A stretch of 64,000 nucleotides of DNA, taken from the NCBI RefSeq assembly GCF_009914755.1, contig NC_060947.1. One strand, given 5' to 3'. Under the pieces are notes generated by a model. The model made no database searches. It saw nothing but the letters and a program-made list of their open reading frames with translations, and was not told the DNA's origin. This document shows positions 42,198 to 57,362 of this stretch, piece by piece (position 1 is the first letter of the stretch; each line of letters starts with the position of its first letter). Position numbers and translations under genes: made by a program. This DNA comes from the human T2T-CHM13v2.0 reference genome, Homo sapiens.

Positions 42198-43544
42198 TCA
42201 GATTAGGATATATACAGATATCCAATGCTCCATTAAAACTGTCCAAGTCTGAAACTAAATGTGTACATTTTTGTTTTGTGCTCAGTAAATGTTCTTGAAG
42301 CATTAACTTGTGAAATAAAATACCCTTGAGAAAATAACATATTATTCATGTGAGTTACTCTCTACTGAGAAGATATGTGGATAGCAGCATAGCCAGAACT
42401 TATGACTGTCAATAAATGAGAGGTAGCTGAAAGTCTGGGAAAGACTACAAAACCAGGAATAGTAGACAACAAAGAAAGAACTTGCCAGCTGGATAGCATC
42501 ACCAAGCACTGGCCTTCCATGTGGATGGTCAAAGAATCTATTGCTGAATGTTGAAAAGCATCACTTGGACAAATCAACCCAGGAGTCACTGCCATCTGTT
42601 TTACTGGAATTTGCTATTCTGCAGAGTTTACCCAAGTTTGCATGAAATATATAAATTTGTACTTTGCAAAATCCTACTGAGTTTTGAAAATCTAAGCCAA
42701 AAGCCTTTTTATTTTTATTCTTTTAACTTAAAACTTTACAAAAACATATGCTTCACTTAAAATTTAGTCCTTCTGATTTTGTGAAAGCAAGAATATTTTA
42801 GGTGCATATTTTTATTTTTCAACATTTTTCCTCATTTATTATAATAAAAATATTGAGTTGAGGAAAAATATGGTTTATTAACTACTGACAAACATCTCAA
42901 GCAAATTATATGCTGGAAGTAGAGTAATAAAGTTAGGTTTTCTTTTTCAAAATATCTGGCAGAATTCTAAACTCATAAAAGATCTTAACTGGGCTACCAT
43001 AAAATGGCCTGCAATGGATTCTAGTGAAATCTAATAAGATACTCAGTTACTAGTTTCATTAAAACACAGTGTGTTCATTATAACCCAATCTGGCAGAAAC
43101 TCTCATTACTCTGGGTTTGTATTACCTCATGTAATTCTGCTTTTTAAAGTTCTTTTCTTTCCCCTCTCATCCAAACCCCACCACACCCTTGGTGTTACAT
43201 TATAGCCAATTAACATACTTTAACTGTTTGTAATATATCATGTTTTTATTACTATTCTAAAGGAGTTTGTGTTTTTTCATTTTCTTCATTAGATCATTCA
43301 AGTAAGTCTCAAAGACTTGAAATGTTATACTTGATTATATTCAGAGTTTTGAAAAACATGCTGCTCTAAGACTATGAGGTACTACCATTTTGAATCATTA
43401 TGCCCTCTCTGTGATAAGAATATGATCCAATGCTATGCTATTCTCTGAATTAATCATAAAAATGATGTAAGAGGCTTATATAAAAAAACATATGTAATAG
43501 ACTGTAAGCTTCTTGAGAGTACAGTTATGAGTATATTTCCATAG

Positions 43545-43790
43545 CAGCTAACATTTATCAGGTGCTTACAACATGTCAGCTACTGGGCTAAGTTGGATTT
43601 TTTATCTCACTTAAGATGACAGCTGAACGATATCTCTATTATGCATTCTTCCTCATTTTACAAATGGAAATAAATGAGACCCTGAGGAGCTAACCACTAG
43701 CTCAAGGTCACAAACCCAGTAGGTAATGGAAGGAGAAATCCAATCCAGTTATAACTCCAAAATCACCACTCTCTCCACTTTATTGAACTG
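43545..43790 (-). mobile_element. MIR
   Basis: cattttacaaatggaaa...gctcaaggtcaca core. Confidence 0.65.
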
Positions 43791-44179
43791 CTTTGGGTCT
43801 TTGTTTCTAAAGAGCCCAGGACAGTGCTTGGCATTGAGTTGGCATTCAAATATTTGTTGACTTTAATGTTGATGGTGCTAATGAGTCACCGACAAATTGT
43901 TGCAATTCAACGTTGTTTTATTTCAATGTTGTTCTTTTCAACAGCCACTTTTAGTTGAATTTAACTATTGTTTTATTTTGTTTATTGTCAAAATGATGTA
44001 TGAGTAGACATAGCTCAAAGGGGACTGAAAAGTAAACATTTACCATAGCTACAGAGAAGCCAGTCAGGAAGTCAGGGTGTTAAAATGGAATTCGGCAAAT
44101 AAAGGAAGCTGACAGAATAAGGAAGCAAATAAGAGAAAACAAAACAAACAAAAACTCAAGAAATAAATACAAATGCCTG

Positions 44180-44560
44180 CACTTCCTCTTCTATTCCCTA
44201 TTTATTGCATTTGATCCCACCATCATGCCCCATTATACAAGCTAGAAACCTAGGAGGCATCTATGATTTCTCCTTTTTCTGTACCTTCTTTAACCTATTT
44301 AATCACTTACCTATTCTAAATACTGTGTATACTTTTATAATCTGTCCCCTCCTTTTCTCTCCTGCAATCACTGCCTGTTTTGTTTCTTACCCAAATTAAA
44401 ACCTTTCTAACTAATCTCCCAGCCTTCGGTCTCTTCTCCTCCTTAGGTCCTTTGTCCACACGGTTACAAGAATGACATCTAAAATTCAAAACTTATGATG
44501 TCACTCACTCACATCTTTTAAACTCTTTAGTGGCTCTTCACCAACTCAGAATAAAGCTAA
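44180..44560 (+). mobile_element. L2 fragment
   Basis: caagctagaaacctaggaggcatc...tagtggctcttcacc L2 3' motifs. Confidence 0.55.
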
Positions 44561-45091
44561 AGCTATTCTACCTTTCTTTTTAAGCCATTTCTATGTGTTG
44601 CAGATGAGTGAAAACAATTTGGATAATACAGCAAATGCCAAGTTGTGTTTTGTTTTGTTTTGTTTTTGTAAATATTGTAGCATCTGGTGGTAAAAGATAT
44701 GTGAAAACTACATGTTCTCTCTCCCAAATCTTGGCTATTAGATAGTAGTTACAACAAAATAAAGTATCAAGTTAAATTACATACAATGCACAAATGTTCA
44801 TTAGAAAGGAGGCAAAAAAAAAAAAAAACTATATAATCTATTCGATAGCTCTGGGAGATCCCACTCTCTGACCTAAACCCAAAGACTAGTACTTTACATG
44901 AAAAGCACATTTTCAAGAAGGCGCAATGTAGGAGTCACTGGTAGGACTAGGGTGCTCTACAGTCAGACTGGGCAGCAGAAGACTGAGAAATTTAGGTACA
45001 TAAGACCAACGTGGCTCTAGACTCCTAGCTTTTGCTGAACTCTAAAACCTCCTTCATGCAGGAGCAAGTGGGTCTTATACATCATTTCTAA

Positions 45092-45512
<421 letters not shown>

Positions 45513-45513
45513 G

Positions 45514-45632
45514 TTTTTTTGTTTTTTTTTAAGAGACAAGGTCTTACTCTCTCAACCCAGGCTAGAATGCAGTGGCGAGATCATAGCTCACTATAACCTC
45601 AAACTCCTGGGCACAAGCGATCTTCCCACCTT
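45514..45632 (-). mobile_element. Alu monomer or truncated AluJ/FLAM
   Basis: Half-Alu directly adjacent to the AluY. Confidence 0.75.
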
Positions 45633-46007
45633 TGCTGAAAGTGGCATTTTCAACCTATTCAACCTTACATTTAAATATAAGAAGACATCCTTCTTGCCAT
45701 GGTGTCAATCAGTGACCCAGACTTTCTAGCTCTACTTTGTGTAAACTCATTTAGATGGCATCCAAAGAACTGAGTTTTATAGTACTTACTTGGTATGCCA
45801 TAGCTACTACAATCCTTATTTTGCTTATTTCATAGCTTAAGGTACTGAAAGCAATTATTCGACAGTATTATTATTATTAATTGATATTGATATTCTCCAG
45901 AATATTGTTTTTAATTGCAGAAATGAAAAACACTGCAAATATCCAATAATGGAAGTGTTAAGATAGATGCATAAGGTAGAATATTATACACCCATTAAAT
46001 AACATGC

Positions 46008-46337
46008 TTTTATTTATTTTTAAGTTATTTTTATGTACTTATTTATTTTTTAGATACAGTATCTCACTTTGTCACCCAGGCTGGAGTGCAGTCATGTGGT
46101 CGTAGGTCACTGTAGCCTTGAACTCCTGGGCTCAAGCGAACCTCCTGCCTCAGCCTCCTGAGCAGCTGAGACACAGGCACACACCACCATTCCCAGCTAA
46201 TTTGTTTTAATTTTTTGACAGAGACAGAGTCTCACTATGTTGCCTAGGCTGGTCTCGAACTCCTAGCCTCAAGCCATTCTCTTGCCTTAGCTTTCCAAAA
46301 GCACCGGAATTACAGGCATGAGCCACCTTGCCCAGCC
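46008..46337 (-). mobile_element. AluJ
   Basis: Diverged Alu dimer. Confidence 0.9.
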
Positions 46338-46995
46338 ACATGATCAATGTTAAGTAATCAATCTTTAAGGTGATAATTCCTGATTATGGTATTCCATGTT
46401 ATTCGACCATCACTGGAATGATGATTGCAATCAAAAGACTTCTAACACTATTTAATTGCCCGTATAACATACAACATACCCACTTTCATAATTTTCAGCT
46501 ATAAAAACATCCAACTACTTACAGTTTCTTCATTGACTCATCCACAAATGTTTAATTGGTACTTCTTATATGTCAGTCACCATTCTACATGCTGCAAATG
46601 CAGCAATAAATGTGGCAGACAAAGCCTGTGTTCTCATGGTGTTTACATTCCTAAGGGGACACAGAATATATATATATATATATATATATAGTGAGGATAA
46701 GCTGTATACACCAATAGTCAGATTTCTTTTGATTGCAAGTAATAGAATCCCAAGCAAATTAATTTAGCACACACAAAAAAAAGATTTTTAATAGAAGGAT
46801 AAAGAAAACCAAAAGGTAAGCTGCAAGAACAAGAAGAGTTTAGAAGATTCAGAAACTGGAACTAAAGATGTAGTTGCCCTAAGGACTCATTCTCTCTCCA
46901 TCTTCCCCATCTCTTTTTTCAGTTGTTCTTTACACGCTGACTTCATTCTTTCCTGTAGTAAATGGTCTCTTTCCAGTTGGAAGGTAAAATGGCCA

Positions 46996-47207
46996 CAGTG
47001 GTTCTCAACCAAAGGCAATTTTGACTCCCGGAAAACATTTGAACGTGTCTGGAGACATTTTCAGTTGTCATAACTGGGAAGATGCTACTGGCATCTAATG
47101 GATAGAGACAGAATGCTGCTAAATATCCTACGATGTTTGGGACAACCGCCTGCAACAAAGAATTATCTTGACCTGAATTTTAAGAGTTCCAATGTTGTGA
47201 ATCCTTG
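46996..47207. mobile_element. MER20 (hAT-Charlie) DNA transposon
   Basis: cagtggttctcaacc...tctggagacattttcagttgtca...gctactggcatcta. Confidence 0.85.
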
Positions 47208-47309
47208 CTCTAGGGGTGATTCAAATCTTACGTCATTCCAGCGTAAGAATCCCATAATAATCACTAGTGTATAACAAATATGACAGTAGCATATATAACA
47301 CAACAATAA

Positions 47310-47560
47310 TACCAACAATATTTAATAAGTATTTACTATGTGACAGGAAATATTATAAGTCCTTCCATGTATTAACACATTCGTCCTCACAACAGTACTA
47401 TGATGTAGGTATTATTGTGATCTCCCTGTTTTACAAATAAGAAAACTGAGGTACAGAAAAGTTTAATAGCTTATCTAAGCTTACACAGCCATTAAGTAGT
47501 GGAAATTATATTTGAACCCAGGAAGTTTCACTCCAGAGTACATGGTCCTAAACTTTGTGA
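47310..47560 (-). mobile_element. MIR
   Basis: ttttacaaataagaaaactgaggtacaga core. Confidence 0.75.
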
Positions 47561-47800
47561 CACCATTTTTCAATTGCTACTTTAGTATAATAAAACCCTA
47601 GGAAAAGAATCTGATTGATCTGGCTTGGGTCATATGCCATCCCTTGGATGAACTGCTCCAGCCAGGAGAATGCTATGTAATGATTGGCTTAGTCTGGGTC
47701 ATATACCCACCCCTATAGTTAACTGGGCTGTGTAATATGCTTAACAGTTCTACCACATAGTTGGAGTGAGGGAAAAGTATACTGCTAAAACAAGAAAGAG

Positions 47801-48187
<387 letters not shown>

Positions 48188-48869
48188 TCATCTGCTCATA
48201 CTGTTCTCATTGTTTAGCATGCTCTGCCTAACATTCTCCCACAAGTATACACCTCAGCTTGAGGAACAATATAAGGTAAAACCTCTACTTGGAAACCTTC
48301 CATTATCACCCCTTACAAGTTGAGTTATATCCTCTTTTCTCCTATGCCCATAATATCCTGCACATATCTCTTTCATGGTATTGCCCATATAGCATACATC
48401 TCTATCTCCCCCACTACACTGTGATTGCCTTTAAAACCATCAATGTGTTGTATTCATCTTTCTATCCCACACGCCTAACCCTGCGTCCATACATATAGTA
48501 GGAATCCAATAAATGCTAGTTGACAGAATGGCAGATTTAAAAGTTTCTTGGGAAAAGTCAAAAGCAAGAGTCCTAAGATTAATTGAGTTTCTGTGGTAAG
48601 ATAGTAAGAAACAATTCCCAGGTGATGTGGTCTGCCTGCTAGTAATTTAGTTCTTTCAGTTGAACAGCCTGCCAAAAACAATGCTTGTATAGTGACTGTA
48701 TTGTGGAGTAAAGAGAAGTGAGAATTCTGCATCTTTTTTTGTAAAATTATGAATCACAGAAGAATAGAGCTGGAAGGGTGCTTAGAGATTATTTAGTCCA
48801 GGGCTTGTCATATAAGAACTCTAAAGCCAAAATATTTTATAATAAAGTGCACAGAGTAATGACAATCAA

Positions 48870-50405
48870 CTAAAAATCGATTGAAGACTTCACTATAAGA
48901 CCTGAAAAGTTGTAAAACCCATAGAAGAAAACATAAGGGAAAAGCTTTATGACATCAGTATATCCAGTGATTTCACAGAAATGACATCAAAAGCTCAGGC
49001 AACAAAAGTAAAAATGGACAAGGGGGCTACATCAAACTAAAAAAGCTTCTGCACAGTGAAGGAAACAGAGTAAGAAGACAACCTATGGAAAGACAGAAAT
49101 ATTTGCAAACCATACATCTGATAAGGGGCTAATCTCCAAAATATATACGAAACTGCTATGACTTGATAGCAACAACAGCAACAAAAAAAAACCCACAAAA
49201 CCCTAATAACTTGATTTTAAAATGGGCTAAGGACTTGAATGGACATTTCTTTGAAGACATATGAAGAGTCAACAGGTATATGAAGAGATATTCAATGTCA
49301 CTAATCATCAGGGAAATGCAATCACAACGACAATGAGATATCACTCACACTTACTGACTATCCCTTACCAAAATGCTTGAGGCCAGAACTGTTTCACATT
49401 TCAGATGTTTTCAGATTTTGGAATATTTACATATACATAATGATATATGTTGGATATGCAATGTAAGTCTAAACAGAAAGTTCACTTATGTTTCATTTAC
49501 ACCTTATATACTTTATACCATAGCCTGAAGGTAATTTTATACAATATTTTAAATAGTTTTGTGCATAAAATGAAGTTTTGACTGCAACCTACCACATAAA
49601 GTCAGGTATGGAATTTTCCATTCGTGGTATCATGTCAGTGCTCAAAAAGATTCAGATTTTGGAGCATTTCAGATTTCAGATATTTGGATTAGGGATACTC
49701 AATTTGTATTTTTTTTTTAAGGGCAGTAAGTGTTGGCTGGTTGTGGAGAAATTGGAACCCTTATGTACTGTTGGCAGGAATACAAAATGGTGCAGCCATT
49801 GTGAAAATCAATATGGAGATTCCTCAAAAAATTAGAAATAGAATTACCATATGATCCAGCAACCCCACTTCTGGGTATTTATCCAAAAAATTTGAATCAG
49901 AATCTTAAAGAGATATTAGCACTCCAATATTCATTGTAGCACTATTTGCAAAAGCCAAAATAAATGAAAACCTAAACGCCCATTTACAAATGAATGGAAT
50001 TTTGTATGTATATATACAATGGAATATTATTCAGCCTTAAAAAAGAAATTCTACCATATGTGACAATATGAATGAACCTGGAAAACACTATGCTAAGCAA
50101 GATAAACCAGTCACAGAAGGGAAAATACTGCATGATTTCATTCACATGAGATATCAAAATTAGTCAAACTAATGGAAACGAAGAATAGAATTGTGGTTTC
50201 CAGGGGCTAGGAAGAGAGGGAAAAAGGGAGGTGCTGATGGGTATAAAATTTATTATGCAAAATGAATAAGTTCTAGAGAGCCACTGTAAAACATTGTGAC
50301 TACAGATGACCATACTGTATTATATAGTTTAAAATCTGATAAAAGGGTAAATCTCATGCTAGGTCTTCTTAAAAAAAATTAAATTTGAAAATTAAAAATT
50401 AAAAG
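48870..50405 (+). mobile_element. L1MA/MB 3' fragment
   Basis: Sense ORF2 C-terminal and 3'UTR motifs (tacatcaaactaaaaaagcttctgcacag; gaattaccatatgatccagcaa). Confidence 0.88.
49352..49706. mobile_element. Tigger4 (Zombi)-family DNA transposon inserted in the L1
   Basis: tatcccttaccaaaatgcttgaggccagaa...ggattagggatactcaa inverted termini. Confidence 0.8.
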
Positions 50406-50845
50406 GAAAGAATGATCAAAGAGGTCAAACTTTTAAAGTTAATTCATTAGAGACATCTATGTTATTTGAATATTCTCTTTTATGAAATATCTATTAAACA
50501 TTCTAACCATTAATTGGATTGCCTTTTCCTTAGTGTTTTGTGAAAATGATGTATATATTCTGTATATGAGTCATTAGAAAATATATGAATTAAAAAATTA
50601 AAAATACACTAGATTTACATTGAGTTGTATGTAAAATTCTTATTCCCTTCCATAAAAATACTTTTTAAAATTTGTTATTTTAATGAGATTTCATAATTTT
50701 GGTACTAATCTATTAATTTAATTTTTTAATTCTAAACTTACTTGGATAAATACTTATTGCTTGGGAATATATCACTGCTTTCAGTGCTAACATAGACATG
50801 AATGTTGCTGATGAGTGAGAACTAATCTATAGGTATCTAATGAAG

Positions 50846-51169
<324 letters not shown>

Positions 51170-51961
51170 TAGCAAATATTTGGTCATGGTATATAAAGTC
51201 ATATCAATCTTGTATAATGGAAACCCACCCGATTTTGTTATTTTGTATCTACTAATAAGGCAAAAAGTTACCACTGAGATGAAATTTCAGATATGATTCT
51301 AAAAATGGTCAGTGGACACTGCTTCCAAATCAGATAAATCAGAAATAGCCCCAGTTGCATGTTTTTGAGGCCTCTGTTTATTTCCCATCTAAACCATTTT
51401 TATTTATACTGCCAAAAGATTGCAAATACTCATGGATGACCCATGTAGTTGAGCAATGGAAGCATCAGCACAAGGGCACATGATGTTTCCGTTTGCCATT
51501 TTACCCCTTGTGCTTTTGCAATTCTCATTCTCACAAGGGAGCTCCCCAATCTGGATCTTCCATCCCATGAGCCACTTTATACTCTTAATCTTGTTGTTTT
51601 CTCATGTTTCTGTAAGGATTTACCCATCCCATGCCTCCATGTTCCAGGAATATCATCTAATTTGATGAAGAATTTCAGGGACCATGCTAGGGACAGAGGG
51701 GCTTTAAATGTGATCTATAGGAATGCCAATCTATTAAATTGTTTTGAAAAAAATAAAATCTGCGGTTAAATAAAATTGGGAAATATATACTCTATCACTC
51801 TCTTGGAAACTCAAAATGTACATTAGCATACTTAAAGATGCTACGAAGTCCAACAGTTAAGAATCTGGTTTCCCTTTGTTTAACACCACATTTCCCACAC
51901 TTATTTGAACCTTATTTTCAAGGCACTTGGAGCAGTAATCTTACAGAGAACACGTTTTCTA

Positions 51962-52260
<299 letters not shown>

Positions 52261-52519
52261 GAGAACACACTTTCTATATTAGAATACACACTATATCAGA
52301 AATGTTAATGACGTCATACGTCATCCCTTTTTTATAGCATGTTTGCATTTTACAGAGACTTTAGAGGTAACGTTTTAACTCAGAGAGCATCACATTTTCA
52401 CAAAGAAGAGCAATTCTTTTTTTTATTTATCTTTCTTTGTTATCGCTTTGTTATTCTATCCAAAAATTTTTTCTTTCTTCCTTCCTTCCTTCCTTTCTTT
52501 TTCTTTCTTTTTAATGGGA

Positions 52520-52733
52520 ACCACACAGACTGCATCCTCTCCCTCTTACTCTCTGGGAAGAAGAGGAAAATAATCATCAATGGCAAATAGCAGTTATAGC
52601 AAAGCAACACCAACAGCTGGCTTCACATTTAGGAGAGAATGCTGTGCTTCTTCCTCATGTTTCCTGGTGTTCCACATGTTCAGAGAAACTTCTCCAGTAG
52701 TGAACTATAGAAATGAACCTTGAAAATAGTCTT
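52520..52733 (-). pseudogene. U3: U3 snoRNA (SNORD3-like) retropseudogene, full length
   Basis: Reverse complement AAGACTATTTTCAAGGTTCATTTCTATAG...GAGAAGTTTCTCTGAAC...GAGGAAGA...GTGAAGCC...TTGATGA...GAGGGAGAG...GTCTGTGTGGT is colinear with U3; A-rich tail at ~52467-52513. Confidence 0.92.
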
Positions 52734-52744
52734 CACAATTTCTT

Positions 52745-53145
52745 ATATGATTATTATTGTACCTGGATCACTTTCCTTTAGCCTAAACTCCATCCTTTAG
52801 AATTTCCTTTAGTGAGGGTCTATTGGTTATCTGAAAATGTCACTATTTCAAACTAATCATCAGAAAATGGGCATATTTCAATGAGTATGGAATTCTAGGT
52901 TGGCAGTTATTTCCATTCAGTGCTTTGAAAACTATGATCCTACTGTCTTCTGACTTCCATTGTAGCTCTTGAGAAGTCAACTATTATTTTAACTGTGACT
53001 ATTTATAAAATCTCTTTGCCTTTGATGTTCTGCAGTTTCACTGTCACTTGTCCTAGTGTAGATTTATTTTTATATATAATTTGTGTACCATACTTAGGTG
53101 TCACTGCATTCAAGAATCTGTAGATTAGTATTTTTTAGTCATTTC
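52745..53145 (-). mobile_element. Ancient L1ME ORF1-region fragment
   Basis: ggaattctaggttggcagttatt...ctgtcttctgacttccattgtagc antisense motifs. Confidence 0.6.
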
Positions 53146-54329
53146 TGTAGAGTACAGAGCCGTGTAAAAGGTATTCTTTGTTTCCCTGATTCTTAGAAAT
53201 CACCTGAGAATCTTGTATATCTAAAAGTGGGGCGGGGGGGGGGCGGGGGTGGTTACTAGTGGCTAAAGAGAATTGGTCCTTTGGTTCTCCCAGAAAGTTA
53301 TGGAGTAGAGCTTCTCCAATAATAAGTAGAGCTTAATAATAAGTAGAGCTTCTAAATAAATAGCCTGCCACAGAAGAGGATAGGCAGTTAATGCCACCCC
53401 TGAATTATTCAGTTCAGAATTTCCATGTTAAAGCCAAAAGTACTCTCGTGGTAAGAATTGTCCTGCTGTAGATGTAGAAGAGTCTGGTACTTGTTTGTAA
53501 GGGGAGTGTTCTCACATTCACAAAATTCTTGACAGGAAGTTGCCAATTCTACTTATGTTGAGAGTTTATCAGGCAGCTGGAATTTAGTAATTAGCTTTTA
53601 GATTCTCTCAGAAACTTTCATCAAGCTCTACTGCAATTCATCCAGTTTCTGAATTTCTTAAATGTTATTTGGTGGTACTAAACTTTTTTAGGTAAAAGCA
53701 AAAGAAACCTGAAAAATAAGCTAACCTTTTGGGGATTATAGCTGCTCTCACCTTCATGCCCTGCTTAGATATGGATCACCTTTTCTAGGCAGATAGCTCT
53801 AGGTGACAGAGTAATCACTTAGCGTGCCATCCAAACTGAGCCTTTAAGACTGTTTTCAGAAGCACTAATTGGATGCCTTCCAGAAAGTTATGGCCCACTA
53901 GAGAGATCATCATTGAATACAGTAGTACCTAAAAGTCAAAGAAGTGAAAAAGTGACCCCTGAAAATCTAAATGTTAGGAAGAATTTCCAGTAAATAGCTG
54001 TAGGGTGGAATGGGACTTTGTGAGGGGAGAATAAAATTACATTATCGGAGTATGCCAGTCACATCTCCTTTGAAACAGATGGTTCCATGGTAAAAAGAAA
54101 AATCATATGAAGAAAATATTAACTGTAAGCAAAGACTGCATTTTAATACTTTCTATTAGGTAATGAGAATTGTCATTTATTCAACACACTTTGATATACT
54201 CTTTAAATACACGTCAGGCACTGTTCACTCTCTGAAATTATTTGTAATAGGGCCCTGAAAGATATTTGCACTGAGGGTGAGGTATATTTCACTACTGTAA
54301 TGGCTCAATTTAACTAATAAAGAGAATAG

Positions 54330-54889
54330 ATTAGAATAAATATTAGGAAATCATCAAATAAAAATCTAAAAATATTTCCTAGAATAGAAGGCTGTCAATC
54401 CATTGATTGAAAGGACCTATTGTCTAGTACAACAACATAAGAAAGTTAAAAAAAAAAAAAATCCACACCCAGGCAAATGATTATAAAATTTAGGACTCTG
54501 GAGACAAAGAAAAGTTTCCAAAGAGAAAAATAGATAGGTTACATGAACATGCAAAGAATGAAGAATTACAATAGCTTCTGACTTCTCAATAACAACACTA
54601 GAAGCTAGAAGGCAATGCTCAAGATTCTGAGACTAATGATTGCAATCTAAAATGCCATATGCAATCCAATTATCAATTGAGATATATTTTTACACACTAA
54701 AAACTTCAAGTATTTTATCTCTCATATAGCCTTTCCTAGGAAGCTTCTGGAGAACATACTCTACCTAAACTAGAAAAAAACAATAAAGTAGTATATAAAA
54801 AGCAATTGATTCAATGTTAGAAAGAGAAGGAGAGATAAAGAGAAAAAGGGAATTCCATTAATGATGACCAACTGAAATTCCAGGATGTC
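54330..54889 (+). mobile_element. Ancient L1ME ORF1-region fragment
   Basis: gacttctcaataacaacactagaagctagaaggcaatg sense motif. Confidence 0.6.
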
Positions 54890-55286
54890 TGTGTTAGTCC
54901 ATTTTTGCATTGCTATAAAGAAATACCTGAGACTGGGTAATTCATAAAGAAGTTTAATTGGCTCATGGTTCTGCAGACTATATAGGAAGCATAGCAGCAT
55001 CTGTTTCTGGGGAGGCCTCAGGAAGCTTCCAATCATGGCAGAAGGCGAAAGGGGAGCAGGCGTTTCACATAGCAGAAGCCAAAGCAAGAAAGAGGGAGAG
55101 TTGTTTGGGGGAGGTGCTACACACTTTTAAACAACATGAGAACTCACTCACTATGGTGAGAGCAGCACCAATACATGAAGGATCAGCCCTCATGACCCAA
55201 ACACCTCCCACCAGGCCTTACCTTCGACATTGGGAATTACAATTCGACATGAGATTTGGGCAGGGACAAATATCCAAACTATATCA
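54890..55286 (-). mobile_element. MSTA MaLR solo LTR
   Basis: tgtgttagtccatttttgcattgctataaagaaatacctgagac...ccaaactatatca. Confidence 0.9.
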
Positions 55287-55505
55287 GCAGTTACTCAGCA
55301 GAGCTAAAGTGCAACAAGTCCAGAATAGACTACAAGATGAAAGGCTCCAGAAAAACTTGTAACCTGCAGATTACTAAACTGGTTTAAAAATGTTGGAGAT
55401 GATGAAAAACTTAGGCATAGATTTTTTTTTAATAGACAAAAAATAACAATTATTAAGTCAGAGGGAAAAAATGCTATATGTGAAAGAAAATGTAACCAGG
55501 AGTGC

Positions 55506-55807
55506 TGCTATGGTCTGAATGTATGTGTCTCCCCCAAAATTCATGTGCTGTGTGGCGCTCTTATGAATGGGATTAGCGCTCTAATAGGGGCTGAACAGAA
55601 CATAGCCCTGGTCTTCCATCCATGTGAGGACAGAGCTAGAAGATGTCATCTAGGAGCCAGAAAGCAGGCCATCTCCATACACCCAATCTTCCAGATCCCT
55701 GATCTTGGGCTTCCCAGCCTTCAGAACTGTGAGAAATAAATTTACTTTATTTATAAGCCATCAAATCTACAGTATTTTGTTATAGCAGCCCAAGCAGACT
55801 AAGACGA
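55506..55807 (+). mobile_element. MLT1A/MST-type MaLR LTR
   Basis: tgctatggtctgaatgt...cagaactgtgagaaataaa...tatagcagcccaagcagactaagac. Confidence 0.8.
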
Positions 55808-55896
55808 TTGTTATGGTTTTTCTTTCAGTTACCATTTTAGCAAAAACAAGAACTCATTCATCCAGAGTTGGCAATGCCCTCTGACCGTGAAGTTAA

Positions 55897-56031
55897 TAGA
55901 GTGACCAAAAAATTAATTGTCCAAACTTGGAAGCTTTCAAGAGTGAAAAGTAGGTGCTATTACCAGTTAAGGTGGACCAGCAGGCATAATTTAGATCTAT
56001 TGTAGGCAAGCTGAGACATAAGGCTATCCTA
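55897..56031. mobile_element. MER94-like hAT-Blackjack MITE
   Basis: tagagtgacc...gtccaaac...gagtgaaa...ggctatccta, ~135 bp with degenerate TIRs. Confidence 0.65.
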
Positions 56032-57048
56032 GCTGTTGTGAAACTACCACTGTCCACCTGGTGGCAGTTAACCTTTAATTGAAGTCAAAGAATTCAGGAG
56101 AAAATAAACTTCTGATCTTGGAAGCTCCCTCCTAAAACATGATTTTTAAAATCACCATCTACTTCTGAAGTGGGAGTCAGATGCTTTATTTTTAGGCATT
56201 TGGGGATACATAGCTTACTATGTAAAAACAAGTAAAGAAAATAATTCTGATTTATGAAAAACAATTTGAAAATTACATTCTAGAAATAGACATTTTAAAA
56301 CTGTATAATCATTATTTCATAAATTACTGATGTTAGCAAACATGGATTCTAAGAGTGTTTCCCAATAAGACTTGAAATGTGTAAGTCCTGTTAAGGCTCA
56401 TCTTAGAGCTCCAATAACTTGATTTCATTAACCAACGTGTAACTATTATCTTCCTGCATTTTTGTCAGTCCTTTTCCAGTCTTTAGTTAGGCTTATTCAT
56501 TAATTACATTAATTATATAGAGGACCTGCTCCAACCCCAAAATATACTTAAAATCCCTATCATTATGTGTTATATTTTTAAAATATATAACTGAACCATA
56601 ATCAGAGGGGCCAAACTTCAAATATTCTCTACCTTAAAAACCTGACCAAAACTCTGTGACAAGTCTTCAATATTGAGGGCTATAGGTGTTTTTCTTTTTC
56701 TTTTTCCAAGCAGCATTGTGAATATATTCATAAGGATTTGAATTGTGATTTCTTGATAAGGAATCAAGACATTGCTGTTGTTCTTGTCATTTGAAGATTT
56801 TTCCATCAAGTGTAACATGAACAGCAAATGAACTATTACCCTAATCTTCACATTTCCACTTGATAAGTTCACATGTGACCATTCTGATGTGTTTTATAGT
56901 ATACCATCAAGAAGATCCAGTAAAGAAGGTTCACAGCTTCAAAAGCTTTCAAACTTTTTTAATGTCTGTTAGTTATGAGTGAATTTGCCCAAATTAATAA
57001 ACATAACTATTAAAACACATACATAGCACCACTAATAAAAAAGACTCG

Positions 57049-57362
57049 AGCCGGGCGCGGTGGCTCACATCTGTAATCCCAGCACTTTGGGAGGCTGAGG
57101 CGGGTGGATCATGAGGTCAGGAGTTCAAGACCAGCCTGGCCAAGGTGGTAAAACCCCGTCTCTACTAAAAAATACCAAAAAATTAGCCAGGCGCGGTGGT
57201 GGGCACCTGTAATCCCAGCTACTTGGGAGGCTGAGGCAGAGAATTGCTTAAACCCAGGAGGCGGAGGATGCAGTGAGCTGAGATCACTCCACTGCACTAC
57301 AGCCTGGGCAACAGAGCGAGACCCCGTCTCAAAAAAATAATAATAATAAAAATAAATAAATA
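57049..57362 (+). mobile_element. AluSg-like
   Basis: Alu dimer; TSD aagact(c/t)g. Confidence 0.93.

Noticed and set aside
56618-56872. 84-aa minus ORF and a plus-strand polypyrimidine tract + AG at ~56710
   Set aside because: No recognisable protein; all plus frames stop within ~85 nt and no clear donor; a non-coding exon cannot be excluded or supported
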